From an uncultured Spartobacteria bacterium (GTDB lineage Bacteria; Verrucomicrobiota; Verrucomicrobiia; Chthoniobacterales; Terrimicrobiaceae), in the NCBI GenBank assembly GCA_937888355.1, contig CALAPX010000027.1, positions 5,026 through 69,025 on the forward strand: a stretch of DNA of 64,000 nucleotides, in the 5' to 3' direction. This document shows, in pieces, positions 9,090 through 17,597 of the stretch. How positions within the stretch are numbered: position 1 is the stretch's first letter; every line of letters begins with the position of its first letter. The notes under the pieces are model-generated. The model saw nothing but the letters and a program-made list of their open reading frames with translations. It had not been told where the DNA came from and searched no databases. The position numbers and the translations under genes are program-made.

Positions 9090-9698
9090 ATGCCGCTCGA
9101 CTATCCGCCGCCCTTCAATCAACTCACGCGCGAACTCCGCCGACTCCCTGGCCTTGGACCTCGCAGTGCCGAGCGCTGCGCCCTGTGGCTCCTCGGCCAC
9201 AAAGATGCCCGCCCCGCCCAACTTGCGGAAGCAATCTCACGGGCGGCATCGGAGATTCAATCTTGCCAATATTGCGGCTTTTTTGCCGCCGGTCCCACCT
9301 GCGAGATTTGCAGCCATACCGAACGCCAAGGCCGTGAACTCTGCATCGTGGAACAACCCACCGATATTCTGCCTCTGGAACGTAGCGGGGCTTTTGGTGG
9401 CCTCTATCACTCTCTGGGAGGTCGCCTCGCCCCTCTTGACCACATCGGCCCCTCACAGCTCCGCATCGAACCCCTTGTCCAGCGCGTGCGCGAGGAGCAT
9501 CCCACCGAACTAATCCTCGCCCTCAGCGCGGATGTTGAAGGCGAGGCCACCACAAACTACCTCATCGAAATCCTAGCCCCGCTAGGCGTCCCGCTCACCC
9601 GCATCGCTCACGGACTTCCCGCCGGCGGAGGACTTGAACACGCCGACCAACTCACCCTCCAACGCGCCCTCACCGGTCGCCGCCCGGCTGGCAGCTAA
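9090..9698 (+). CDS. recR: Recombination protein RecR
   Basis: ORF 9009..9698. The internal ATG at 9090 follows the upstream stop (9079) and gives MPLDYPPPFNQLTRELRRLPGLGPRSAERCALWLL (HhH). It has the C4 zinc finger CQYCGFFAAGPTCEIC and a Toprim region. Confidence 0.93.
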   Translation: MPLDYPPPFNQLTRELRRLPGLGPRSAERCALWLLGHKDARPAQLAEAISRAASEIQSCQYCGFFAAGPTCEICSHTERQGRELCIVEQPTDILPLERSGAFGGLYHSLGGRLAPLDHIGPSQLRIEPLVQRVREEHPTELILALSADVEGEATTNYLIEILAPLGVPLTRIAHGLPAGGGLEHADQLTLQRALTGRRPAGS

Positions 9699-9746
9699 CC
9701 AGTCGCTTGCATTTTAAAAAACCAAGCGTAGTGTGCAATCCCTAAC

Positions 9747-10099
9747 GGGGGCGTAATGGTTTCGACTTTGAGTGTGAAGCCCGGCCTGCATGTCGAGGAT
9801 GATTCGTTGGCCTCGTAAAAAATCGGATCAAACAAATAAAAGCAGATTACGAAGATCTCGCACTCGCGGCCTAATTGAGCCACGACGTGTTCCCGGTGAC
9901 GCCTGCTGGCCGGGAATGCGACGACTGCAGGCTGGTCTGGGATGGAGCGACCGCTACCCTGGATGAATCGATTACGTGGACGCTCTGGGGAAGGACGCGT
10001 GACGGCTCGCCTGCCCTCCCCGAGACTAAAAACCGTATAAACATGTAGAAGGTTGTGTAGATCGTTTGAAGGACAGGGGTTCGACTCCCCTCGCCTCCA
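9747..10099 (+). ncRNA. ssrA: tmRNA (SsrA)
   Basis: The 5' GGGGGCG pairs with the 3' CGCCTCC (10092-10098) and includes a G3:U wobble. The T-arm is GGGGTTCGACTCCCC and the discriminator is A10099; CCA is not encoded. The upstream blocks match tmRNA: GGTTTCGAC...TGCATGTCGAGG...TTGGCCTCGTAAAAAA. The tag reading frame gca gat tac gaa gat ctc gca ctc gcg gcc TAA (9842-9874) gives ADYEDLALAA. Confidence 0.92.
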
Positions 10100-10132
10100 G
10101 TCTTCGCTCGCAGTGCAGCAAGAGCGAAGACT
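10099..10132 (+). repeat. Perfect 11-bp inverted repeat (hairpin) starting at the tmRNA discriminator base
   Basis: agtcttcgctc (10099-10109) and gagcgaagact (10122-10132), with a 12-nt loop. No U-tract follows. Confidence 0.8.
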
Positions 10133-10160
10133 GATCGCCGAGTCGGCGCCCGCCTCTCCA

Positions 10161-10397
10161 GCTTGGCACGCCTGCCTCATGACCATAGCAACCATGGTTG
10201 TGGGCTTGATGCCGATCTTCTGGGCAACCGGCCGGGGAGCAGACGTGATAAAACCAATGGCGATTCCTTCTGTCGGAGGAATGACTATTAATCTGGTCAC
10301 TCTTTTTATAGTTCCCTGTGTCTTTTGTGCAGTCGAGGAATGGAAATGGCGACGCTCCCTAAGCACGCCAAGCAACAACACTGCATCTCCCAAATAA
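10161..10397 (+). pseudogene. C-terminal remnant (about 60-75 codons) of a CusA/CzcA-type heavy-metal RND efflux permease
   Basis: The frame of ORF 10053..10397 reads ...LMTIATMVVGLMPIFWATGRGADVIKPMAIPSVGGMTINLVTLFIVPCVFCAVEEWKWRR. This resembles the last two TM helices of CusA-like pumps (LMT...GLLPILW.TG.GSEVM..IA.PM.GGM). No upstream 1000-aa body exists, and the ORF's 5' part overlaps the tmRNA. Confidence 0.6.
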
Positions 10398-10587
10398 ACT
10401 CACTGCCCCTGCAAAACGGCCACGCGCAGATTGACTGCAAATCAGTTGTCCGAGTGAAGGCGAACCCCACATTGCCGACCTCGATGCCACATCTTGGCCG
10501 GCTGCGAGGAAAAATCTGCATACTCCGTTGCAACCGCTTGGCCGAAGCCCACGGGCGCGTTCAAGCGCCCGCATTGGATTCGCCAAC

Positions 10588-11463
10588 TTAGCGGGCCAAT
10601 CGGCGCAGGAGAGCGTCGGCCATATCGGCAGGGGTCGCAGCGACCTCGATGCCAGCGGCTTGGAGCGCCTCGATCTTGCCTTGGGCGGTACCTTTGCCAC
10701 CGCTGACAATCGCGCCAGCGTGACCCATACGGCGTCCCGGAGGCGCGGTGGCCCCAGCGATAAACGCAGCAACCGGCTTTTTGCAGTTCTTTCCGATCCA
10801 CTCGGCGGCTTCTTCTTCGGCTGTTCCACCGATCTCACCGATCATGATGATCGCCTCGGTACCGGGGTCGTCATTGAACATTTTTACCACGTCGAGGTGG
10901 GACGTGCCGTTAATTGGATCACCGCCAATGCCAACACAGGTAGATTGACCATGCCCGCGGCTGGAGAGCTGCCACACGGCCTCGTAGGTGAGCGTGCCGG
11001 AACGGGAGACAACACCGACCTTGCCGGGCTTGTGAATATAGCCGGGCATGATCCCGATCTTGCATTGACCGGGAGTGATAATGCCCGGGCAATTCGGGCC
11101 AATCAGTCGGGAAGAGCTCTGCGCCATGGCAGCTTTGACCTTCATCATGTCGAGAACGGGAATTCCCTCTGTGATGCAAATCACGAGTTCCACCCCGGCA
11201 TCGACCGCTTCAAGGATCGAATCGGCGGCAAATTCGGCGGGGACGAAAATCATGGAAGCATTGCAACCGGTTTCGCGGCGCGCCTCGAGGACGGTGTCAA
11301 ACACCGGGACCTTGCCTTCAAAGACCTCACCACCGCGTGCGGGAGTGACTCCGGCAACAACGTTGGTTCCGTATTCCATGCAGGACTTGGCGTGAAAAGC
11401 GCCGGACTTTCCGGTGATTCCCTGGACCAGCAGGCGTGTATTTTTATCAACGAGAATGGACAT
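10588..11463 (-). CDS. sucD: Succinyl-CoA synthetase subunit alpha
   Basis: ORF 10588..11610. The internal ATG at 11463 gives [24 protein letters not shown]... It also has the phospho-His region ([14 protein letters not shown]). The start lies 20 nt after the sucC stop. Confidence 0.95.
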   Translation of the reverse strand: MSILVDKNTRLLVQGITGKSGAFHAKSCMEYGTNVVAGVTPARGGEVFEGKVPVFDTVLEARRETGCNASMIFVPAEFAADSILEAVDAGVELVICITEGIPVLDMMKVKAAMAQSSSRLIGPNCPGIITPGQCKIGIMPGYIHKPGKVGVVSRSGTLTYEAVWQLSSRGHGQSTCVGIGGDPINGTSHLDVVKMFNDDPGTEAIIMIGEIGGTAEEEAAEWIGKNCKKPVAAFIAGATAPPGRRMGHAGAIVSGGKGTAQGKIEALQAAGIEVAATPADMADALLRRLAR

Positions 11464-11482
11464 GGGTAGAGAAGATTGGGGT

Positions 11483-12664
11483 TCAGGCGGCGGCTGCGAC
11501 GACTTTTTTAGCGGCATCGGCAATATCGGTTGCCGCGGTGAGTTGGAGACCGGAGTCGGCCAGTAACTGGCGACCAGCTTCGACATTGGTGCCCTCAAGA
11601 CGCACCACAAGAGGCACAGGAAGGTTCACTGCCTTGACAGCATTGATGATGCCTTGGGCGATGATGTCGCACTTCATGATTCCACCGAAAATATTCACGA
11701 GGATTGCTTTCACGCGTTTATCGGCAACAAGGATTTTGAAGGCCTCGGTGACCTGTTGTTCTGAGGCGCCACCTCCTACATCAAGGAAGTTCGCAGGTTC
11801 ACCGCCATGGTGCTTGATAATATCCATGGTGGCCATGGCCAAGCCCGCTCCATTGACCAAGCATGCGATGTTTCCGTCGAGGCCGATGTAGCTGAGATTG
11901 AATTTCGAGGCTTCGACCTCGCGTGGATCCTCCTCCTCGATATCGCGATAGGACTGGATATCGGGGTGCCTGTAGAGCGCATTGTCATCGAAATTGAATT
12001 TTGCATCGAGCGCGAGGACATCTCCGCCCATCGTGACCACTAGCGGGTTCACTTCAACCATCGAACAATCACGGGCGATGAACAATTTATACAGGTTCGT
12101 GAACAATTTGCAGGCGGCACGCATGTCGCCGGGAGCGAAGCGCAGGAGCTTGGCTAGCTTGCGGGTCTGGAAGGGTTGCAGGCCAAGCAAGGGATCGATC
12201 GCCATGCGGATAATCTTCTCGGGGGACTTCTCAGCCACAGTCTCGATTTCAACACCGCCTTCGGTGCTGGCCACAATCACCGGTGCGGAAATTGTCCGGT
12301 CGATCAGGATGGCAAAATATAGCTCGCGAGAAATTTCCACGGACTCGGACACAAGGACTTTCCTCACCACGCGGCCCTCGGGACCGGTCTGGTGGGTGAC
12401 AAGCGTCTGCCCTAGCATTTTTTCCGCGAGGTTGCGGACTTCGCTGGGTGTCTTGCAAAGTTGGACGCCTCCCTTGAAGCCGTTGTTGAATGTTCCCTTG
12501 CCGCGACCTCCCGCATGAATCTGGGCTTTGACCACCAGATTATTACTACCCATCGAGCGGGCGACTTTTTCGGCTTCCGCCGGCGTGGAAGCAACCCCTC
12601 CGGGGCTGTTGGCGACCCCAAATTTCTCGAGGAGTTCCTTGGCTTGGTATTCGTGGATATTCAT
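11483..12664 (-). CDS. sucC: Succinyl-CoA synthetase subunit beta
   Basis: 393 aa, [17 protein letters not shown]...; ATP-grasp plus ligase-CoA domains. Confidence 0.95.
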   Translation of the reverse strand: MNIHEYQAKELLEKFGVANSPGGVASTPAEAEKVARSMGSNNLVVKAQIHAGGRGKGTFNNGFKGGVQLCKTPSEVRNLAEKMLGQTLVTHQTGPEGRVVRKVLVSESVEISRELYFAILIDRTISAPVIVASTEGGVEIETVAEKSPEKIIRMAIDPLLGLQPFQTRKLAKLLRFAPGDMRAACKLFTNLYKLFIARDCSMVEVNPLVVTMGGDVLALDAKFNFDDNALYRHPDIQSYRDIEEEDPREVEASKFNLSYIGLDGNIACLVNGAGLAMATMDIIKHHGGEPANFLDVGGGASEQQVTEAFKILVADKRVKAILVNIFGGIMKCDIIAQGIINAVKAVNLPVPLVVRLEGTNVEAGRQLLADSGLQLTAATDIADAAKKVVAAAA

Positions 12665-12724
12665 CAGGACGTAAGAAGACTGCTTATAAACACAGGGCGC
12701 CCACGATGCAATCCCGGGGGTGGT

Positions 12725-14629
12725 TTATTTATTGCCTTCAATAAACCACTCCGGAACCGGGGCTTCGAATTCGACATGCTTATTGTCTATGGGATGCTGG
12801 AATGTGAGCTTCCAAGCATGCAGGCACATCTGCGGGTCTTCCGGCAAGAGGGTCTGCTTCGAACCGAGAATCCCTCCGGCTTGATACAACGGATCACCGC
12901 ATACCGGATGCCCCAAGTGCCATAAGTGAAGCCGGATTTGATTGGTTCTTCCAGTCAATGGAACCGCCTCAAGCAATGCTGAGCCATCGGTATTTCTTTC
13001 AAGCACCTTGAACATTGTACGCGCAGGAAGACCACCTACTTCATCGATCTCGCGGCCTCCTGCCTCCACAGGCTCGACTCCAATCCGTGCATCACAAGCG
13101 AAATCATCCTCAACCGGATGGCCATGCACCCGAGCAAGGTAGGTTTTTTTGATGCTGCCCTGCTCGAACTGGGGCTGCACCAGTCTGGCAAAACGGCGGG
13201 CGCGAGTGAACACCACCAAGCCAGTCGTGTTGGCATCCAAGCGATGCGCCGAGCGGGGTTTTTCGGGATGGTAGACCGTGTGCAGAATGGATTGAAGCGT
13301 GTTCCTGTTGAAACGACCACTTGGATGCAGCGGCAAGGGGGCTGGTTTGTTCAGGACAATCAATGCCTCGTCCTCGTGGAGGATACGAATGTCCGCGCGA
13401 ACTGAGGGCTCAACTGTTTCAGGATGACGGCGTGCGTAGCGTTCCCCGGACCTCACAATGCGTTCCATGGCAGCCGGGATCCCCTCAGGATCCAAGATAT
13501 CACCCTTCTTGAGAACATCGCTCCACCTGGATTGCGGCATGTGGGAAAAAATAGATACCAGTACTTCAAGCAAGGGCTTCCCGTCATACTTAACGGGAAT
13601 GGAAACAGGCCTCAGATTTTCGTACGGCATACTTCCGGGAAGCGGAGTGGTCGCCAAGCGGATTGCAGTCTCTCGTTCAACAATACTCTCAGCCATGAGT
13701 TCGGAGCCCGACTTGTAACAATGGGGGCAAGTTTTTCCGGAAACATACCGTGGATCGGTCTGCTCCTCGGCTGTCAGCGGAACAAGGCAGCGGTAACACT
13801 GGGTCGAATCGGACTCGCGAAGCGCGGGGTCGACTCCAACACGCTGGTCGAACACAAAGCACTCGCCGTCGTAATGAGCGCCTCCGCATTCCTCGAAATA
13901 CTTCAGGATTCCTCCATCAAGCTGGTGGACATGCCGGAATCCCCGACTCTCCATGTAGGGGCCCGCCTTCTCGCAGCGGATGCCTCCCGTACAAAACATC
14001 ACAACCGGTTCGTCCTTCATTTCCTCAGGCAAGCGATCGACTGCCTTGGGGAAATCGCGGAAGTGGTCGATCCCTGCCGGGATAGCTCCCCGAAATGTGC
14101 CGAGCTTCACTTCGTAATCATTCCGCGTATCCAACAATGTCACGCGACGCCCTTCATCAAGCCATTGTTTTAGTGTCGCTGCCGACAACTTTGGAGAAGT
14201 GCGAATGCCTGGACGAATCCCTTCGACACCAAAAGCGATGATTTCTTTTTTTAGACGTACCAGCATGCGAGAGAAAGGCTGATTATCACTCTTGCTGTAT
14301 TTAGGACTGAGCCCGGCAAGACCCGGAACAGAGCGCAAGAAATCGAGCAATTCCGCAATCGATTCATCTTTCCCAGCAACAAAAAGATTCACTCCCTCTG
14401 CGCTGAGGAGAATTGTCCCCTTCAACCCTTGCTCACTACAAACCCCCTGCAGATCACGCCTCAATGCCTTAAGTCCGTCCAACTCGGCGAAGTGATAAGC
14501 GGCGATATTTGTAATAGGGGATTCCCTACTACTCACCCCAATCATCATCTCATGACTATTCGCCATCGATGCGATGCTTTTCTGATCCGGTAAATCCACC
14601 GGCGTCGATCCTAATGCCGCTTTGCTCAT
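12725..14629 (-). CDS. Fusion protein: TrhO/YceA-type rhodanese domain (UPF0176) + CxxC zinc motif + S4-like/RluA-family pseudouridine synthase
   Basis: 634 aa. The N-terminal half reads IAAYHFAELDGLKALRRDL...LSAEGVNLFVAG, with a rhodanese active-site loop (VVMFCTGGIRCEKA) and CYRC...CPHC. The C-terminal half has the RluA motifs HRLDANTTGLVVF and KTYLARVHG. Confidence 0.8.
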   Translation of the reverse strand: MSKAALGSTPVDLPDQKSIASMANSHEMMIGVSSRESPITNIAAYHFAELDGLKALRRDLQGVCSEQGLKGTILLSAEGVNLFVAGKDESIAELLDFLRSVPGLAGLSPKYSKSDNQPFSRMLVRLKKEIIAFGVEGIRPGIRTSPKLSAATLKQWLDEGRRVTLLDTRNDYEVKLGTFRGAIPAGIDHFRDFPKAVDRLPEEMKDEPVVMFCTGGIRCEKAGPYMESRGFRHVHQLDGGILKYFEECGGAHYDGECFVFDQRVGVDPALRESDSTQCYRCLVPLTAEEQTDPRYVSGKTCPHCYKSGSELMAESIVERETAIRLATTPLPGSMPYENLRPVSIPVKYDGKPLLEVLVSIFSHMPQSRWSDVLKKGDILDPEGIPAAMERIVRSGERYARRHPETVEPSVRADIRILHEDEALIVLNKPAPLPLHPSGRFNRNTLQSILHTVYHPEKPRSAHRLDANTTGLVVFTRARRFARLVQPQFEQGSIKKTYLARVHGHPVEDDFACDARIGVEPVEAGGREIDEVGGLPARTMFKVLERNTDGSALLEAVPLTGRTNQIRLHLWHLGHPVCGDPLYQAGGILGSKQTLLPEDPQMCLHAWKLTFQHPIDNKHVEFEAPVPEWFIEGNK

Positions 14630-14705
14630 TGAGAGAATGAGATGTACCTGCTGGAAAATGCAGACCCAAGTTTCTTTTGGGAAATACCAATTACTCGAAA
14701 CAACA

Positions 14706-16379
14706 TTACTCGGCCTCCGATTCCATTAGTGATAATTGACAGCGCAACAGGTCATGAAGGGTAAAGACTCCGAGTGGATGACCTTTGGGATCGACCACCA
14801 CAAGCAATCCAAGCGGAGCATCTACCAGGCATCTCTCCACCTCCCCAAGCGTTACTCCAATTTGTACTTTTTTTGCGGGATGGATCATCCCGCTTCCTGA
14901 TCCCCAATCACTTTGAGTCCCCACCCCTACGGTGATGCCATTGGCATCAACCATCGGGTATGCGGTATGGGGATTTGTTGATATAATATCCTTCCGGATT
15001 TCATCGTTCTCGATTGGCAATGCATGCGCGGGGAACGTTGCAAATGCTGCGATTTTTCGGGTTTTCCAATCCGAGAAGGTCTCGATTGGACGATGGGTCT
15101 CCAACTCGATTCCGTCGCTTTTAATCACCTGTGCATAGAAATTTTCAGCGCACAGCCTTCGGCTAATAAACTGACTGATAAGTGCCCCCAGCATAAGGGG
15201 AGGCACCAATGCGAAGTCGTGCGTCATTTCAAACACAATGAGGATCGAAGTCGCTGGCGCCCTCACCACCGCTCCCAGGCATGCACTCATCCCAGTAACC
15301 GCAAGCAAGGGCAGAGCATCTGCCGGCAACCCGGCGGGAGCGCCCAAGATCGCCGAAACCAGATACCCGGTGAAGGCCCCGAGAAAAAGAGTGGGGGCAA
15401 ATATGCCTCCGCATCCTCCCCAAGCGTAACTTGCTGTGGTGGCAATCCATTTTCCAAAAAGAAGCGCGGCAACGGCGGCAAGACTAAGCGTTCCAGCCAG
15501 GCAGGCATTCAAATCCGCATACCCCATGCCAATCACTCCTGCATGCCCGGTTCCAGCGAAGACGGCCGTTGCGGCCACCCACGTTGCCATGGCTCCAATG
15601 AGAGGCCTCAGCACTTGAGGAACGCGTGTCCCGGAGCGGATTTTCTGACGCCACCCCAGACTGGCTTTTTGAAACGCCACGCCAACCAAGGCCGATACTG
15701 CTGCTGCCGGAATCACCAATAGGTAGGCATGCCAGTCGAACGAGAGAGACTTTGGCAAAACCAATACGGGATCCTCTCCGCGCGCCAGATACAGCACAAA
15801 TACCGATACAAAGGAAGCAAGTAGGATGCGCCCGACAAGGCGGCTGTTCAGATTGTCCAAAATCTCCTCAAGCACAAAAGTCACCGCTGCGATCGGCGTA
15901 TTGAAAGCCGCCGCCAACCCGGCAGCGGCACCACAAGCTGTTGCGGCACGCCCTTCGAGATTGATTGCCCCCAGTTTACGCCCAAGCAGAGAGCATATCC
16001 CTCCCGCCAGTTGCACAGTTGGACCCTCGCGACCAAGGCTCATCCCGCCACCGATCGATACCGCACCGGCAAGAAATTTTACCCACACAGCCCTTGTGCG
16101 CACTCTCCCCATGTCTCGCCAATATGCCACCTTCAACTGCGGAATGCCGCTTCCCGCAGCATCAGGAGCTAACCAAGCGAGCATTGCCCCGCTGATCAAT
16201 CCGGCAAGTGACAAAATCACAAATCCCCACACCGCAAAGTTCGTCACACTTCCCGTCTCTAAACGACCCCAAAGAGTGTGCTGCAACCAATGAATTGCAT
16301 CCCCAAACCCAATCGCCACCACCGAGCCCGCCGCACCGAAAATCACCGTGAGGGTGATCTGCCGGGCCATCCGCGGCAT
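14706..16379 (-). CDS. ClC-family chloride channel / H+-Cl- antiporter with C-terminal CBS pair
   Basis: ORF 14706..16544 would overlap the divergent gene at 16539, so ATG 16379 (MPRMARQITL...) or 16370 is more plausible. ClC selectivity motifs are GSGIPQ, GREGPTVQ and GIFAPTLFLGA. CBS-like C-terminus. The start is uncertain. Confidence 0.85.
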   Translation of the reverse strand: MPRMARQITLTVIFGAAGSVVAIGFGDAIHWLQHTLWGRLETGSVTNFAVWGFVILSLAGLISGAMLAWLAPDAAGSGIPQLKVAYWRDMGRVRTRAVWVKFLAGAVSIGGGMSLGREGPTVQLAGGICSLLGRKLGAINLEGRAATACGAAAGLAAAFNTPIAAVTFVLEEILDNLNSRLVGRILLASFVSVFVLYLARGEDPVLVLPKSLSFDWHAYLLVIPAAAVSALVGVAFQKASLGWRQKIRSGTRVPQVLRPLIGAMATWVAATAVFAGTGHAGVIGMGYADLNACLAGTLSLAAVAALLFGKWIATTASYAWGGCGGIFAPTLFLGAFTGYLVSAILGAPAGLPADALPLLAVTGMSACLGAVVRAPATSILIVFEMTHDFALVPPLMLGALISQFISRRLCAENFYAQVIKSDGIELETHRPIETFSDWKTRKIAAFATFPAHALPIENDEIRKDIISTNPHTAYPMVDANGITVGVGTQSDWGSGSGMIHPAKKVQIGVTLGEVERCLVDAPLGLLVVVDPKGHPLGVFTLHDLLRCQLSLMESEAE

Positions 16380-16538
16380 CACTGGAAGTCGAAAATTCAC
16401 TCTAGGAAAAATATCAAAGCTTGTAGTGGATTGAAAGAAACAGCTCAGCGCGGCAACTATTCTCGCAAAGGGTTGAAAAAAATCGAAATCACTGGATTCT
16501 AACGATTCGCTCATTGAGCGTTCCATCCTGTTTTCTAC

Positions 16539-17597
16539 ATGCATCTGATGTTTCCTGTTCGATTAGCCGGTGTTTTGATTGCCCTTGCCGCCCCGGTCCT
16601 TTCACAGGATCGAGGATCAACGGCAGTGATGACGGCCCCCGCCGAACAAAAACCCATTGCCGATCGCATCGAGGCTCTGGGCACTCTACGCGCCAACGAG
16701 TCGGTGGAACTAACCGCCAACGTCACCGAGCGGGTTGTGGAAACGGGGTTTGAGGATGGCTCACGCGTGAAAAAAGGGGACATTCTACTCAAACTTTCCT
16801 CCAATGAGGAGGCGGCACTGCTCACCGAGGCGGCCTCTGCCGCGCGCGAGGCCCTCCTGCAATACGAGCGCATGGAACAACTCGCTGCGCGCGGCACAGC
16901 ATCAACTTCACAACTCGATGAGGCAAGGCGTGTTCATGAAACCGCCCGCGCGCGCAAATTAGCCCTCGAATCACGCTTGGAGGAACTTGTCATCAAGGCG
17001 CCATTCGATGGCGTGGTGGGACTGCGGAACATCAGTGTCGGGGCCCTGGTGCAACCCGGAGATCTTGTGACCACGATTGATGATGACAGCAAGATGCTGC
17101 TCGATTTTTCGGTGCCGTCCCGGTTTCTCGCCGTCGTGAAACCCGGTATGCCCATTGAGGCTTCAACAGGCACCTACGGCGGGCGCTTCTTCCATGGCAC
17201 CGTGCATAGCCTTTCCAGCCGGGTCGATCCTGTGACCCGCTCGGTAATGGTCCGCGCTGAGATCCCCAACAACGAACGCCTCCTTCTCCCTGGCATGCTT
17301 ATGAAAGTCGACTTGCTCAGCCGCCCGCGCGAGGCGGTGGTGATTCCGGAGAGTGCACTCCTTCCTGTGGGTAAACAAAATTTTGCCATGGTTGTGGGTG
17401 ATTCGGAAACAGGGAAAAAAGTGACACGCCGCGAGATTAAAATCGGAACCCGCCGCAGGGGAGAAGTGGAAGTGGTGTCAGGATTATCAAAGGGCGAGAG
17501 CGTGGTGACTCACGGTGGATTTAAACTCGCCGATGGCGCAACTGTCCGCGTCATTCCTTCGATTGACGCCCAACAACCGGCGCCTAAGGCCCAATGA
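16539..17597 (+). CDS. RND efflux periplasmic adaptor (membrane fusion protein, HlyD/AcrA family)
   Basis: 352 aa. Signal peptide MHLMFPVRLAGVLIALAAPVLSQ, then coiled-coil hairpin, lipoyl and beta-barrel regions. The stop overlaps the RND pump start (ATGA). Confidence 0.9.
   Translation: MHLMFPVRLAGVLIALAAPVLSQDRGSTAVMTAPAEQKPIADRIEALGTLRANESVELTANVTERVVETGFEDGSRVKKGDILLKLSSNEEAALLTEAASAAREALLQYERMEQLAARGTASTSQLDEARRVHETARARKLALESRLEELVIKAPFDGVVGLRNISVGALVQPGDLVTTIDDDSKMLLDFSVPSRFLAVVKPGMPIEASTGTYGGRFFHGTVHSLSSRVDPVTRSVMVRAEIPNNERLLLPGMLMKVDLLSRPREAVVIPESALLPVGKQNFAMVVGDSETGKKVTRREIKIGTRRRGEVEVVSGLSKGESVVTHGGFKLADGATVRVIPSIDAQQPAPKAQ

Noticed and set aside
9695-10393. A 232-aa minus-strand ORF.
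   Set aside because: It spans the tmRNA gene and the RND remnant on the opposite strand and has no protein motifs.
10553-10570. The GC hairpin gggcgc-gttcaa-gcgccc downstream of sucD as an intrinsic terminator.
   Set aside because: It has a plausible 6-bp stem, but no U-tract follows on the transcribed strand. This is too weak to annotate as a feature.
10528-11469. A 313-aa plus-strand ORF, one of many long ORFs lying antisense to well-supported genes. Others are 43675-44379 over cimA, 46408-47241 over rng, 51901-52599 over mreB, 58756-59676 over the M16 peptidase, 25815-26480 over the DUF4912 gene, 37175-37798 over the kinase and 4951-5673 over nadK.
   Set aside because: Each lies entirely opposite a gene with strong family motifs. 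Each has the Arg/Gly/Ala/His-rich, motif-free composition typical of shadow frames in GC-rich DNA, and none has recognisable domains.
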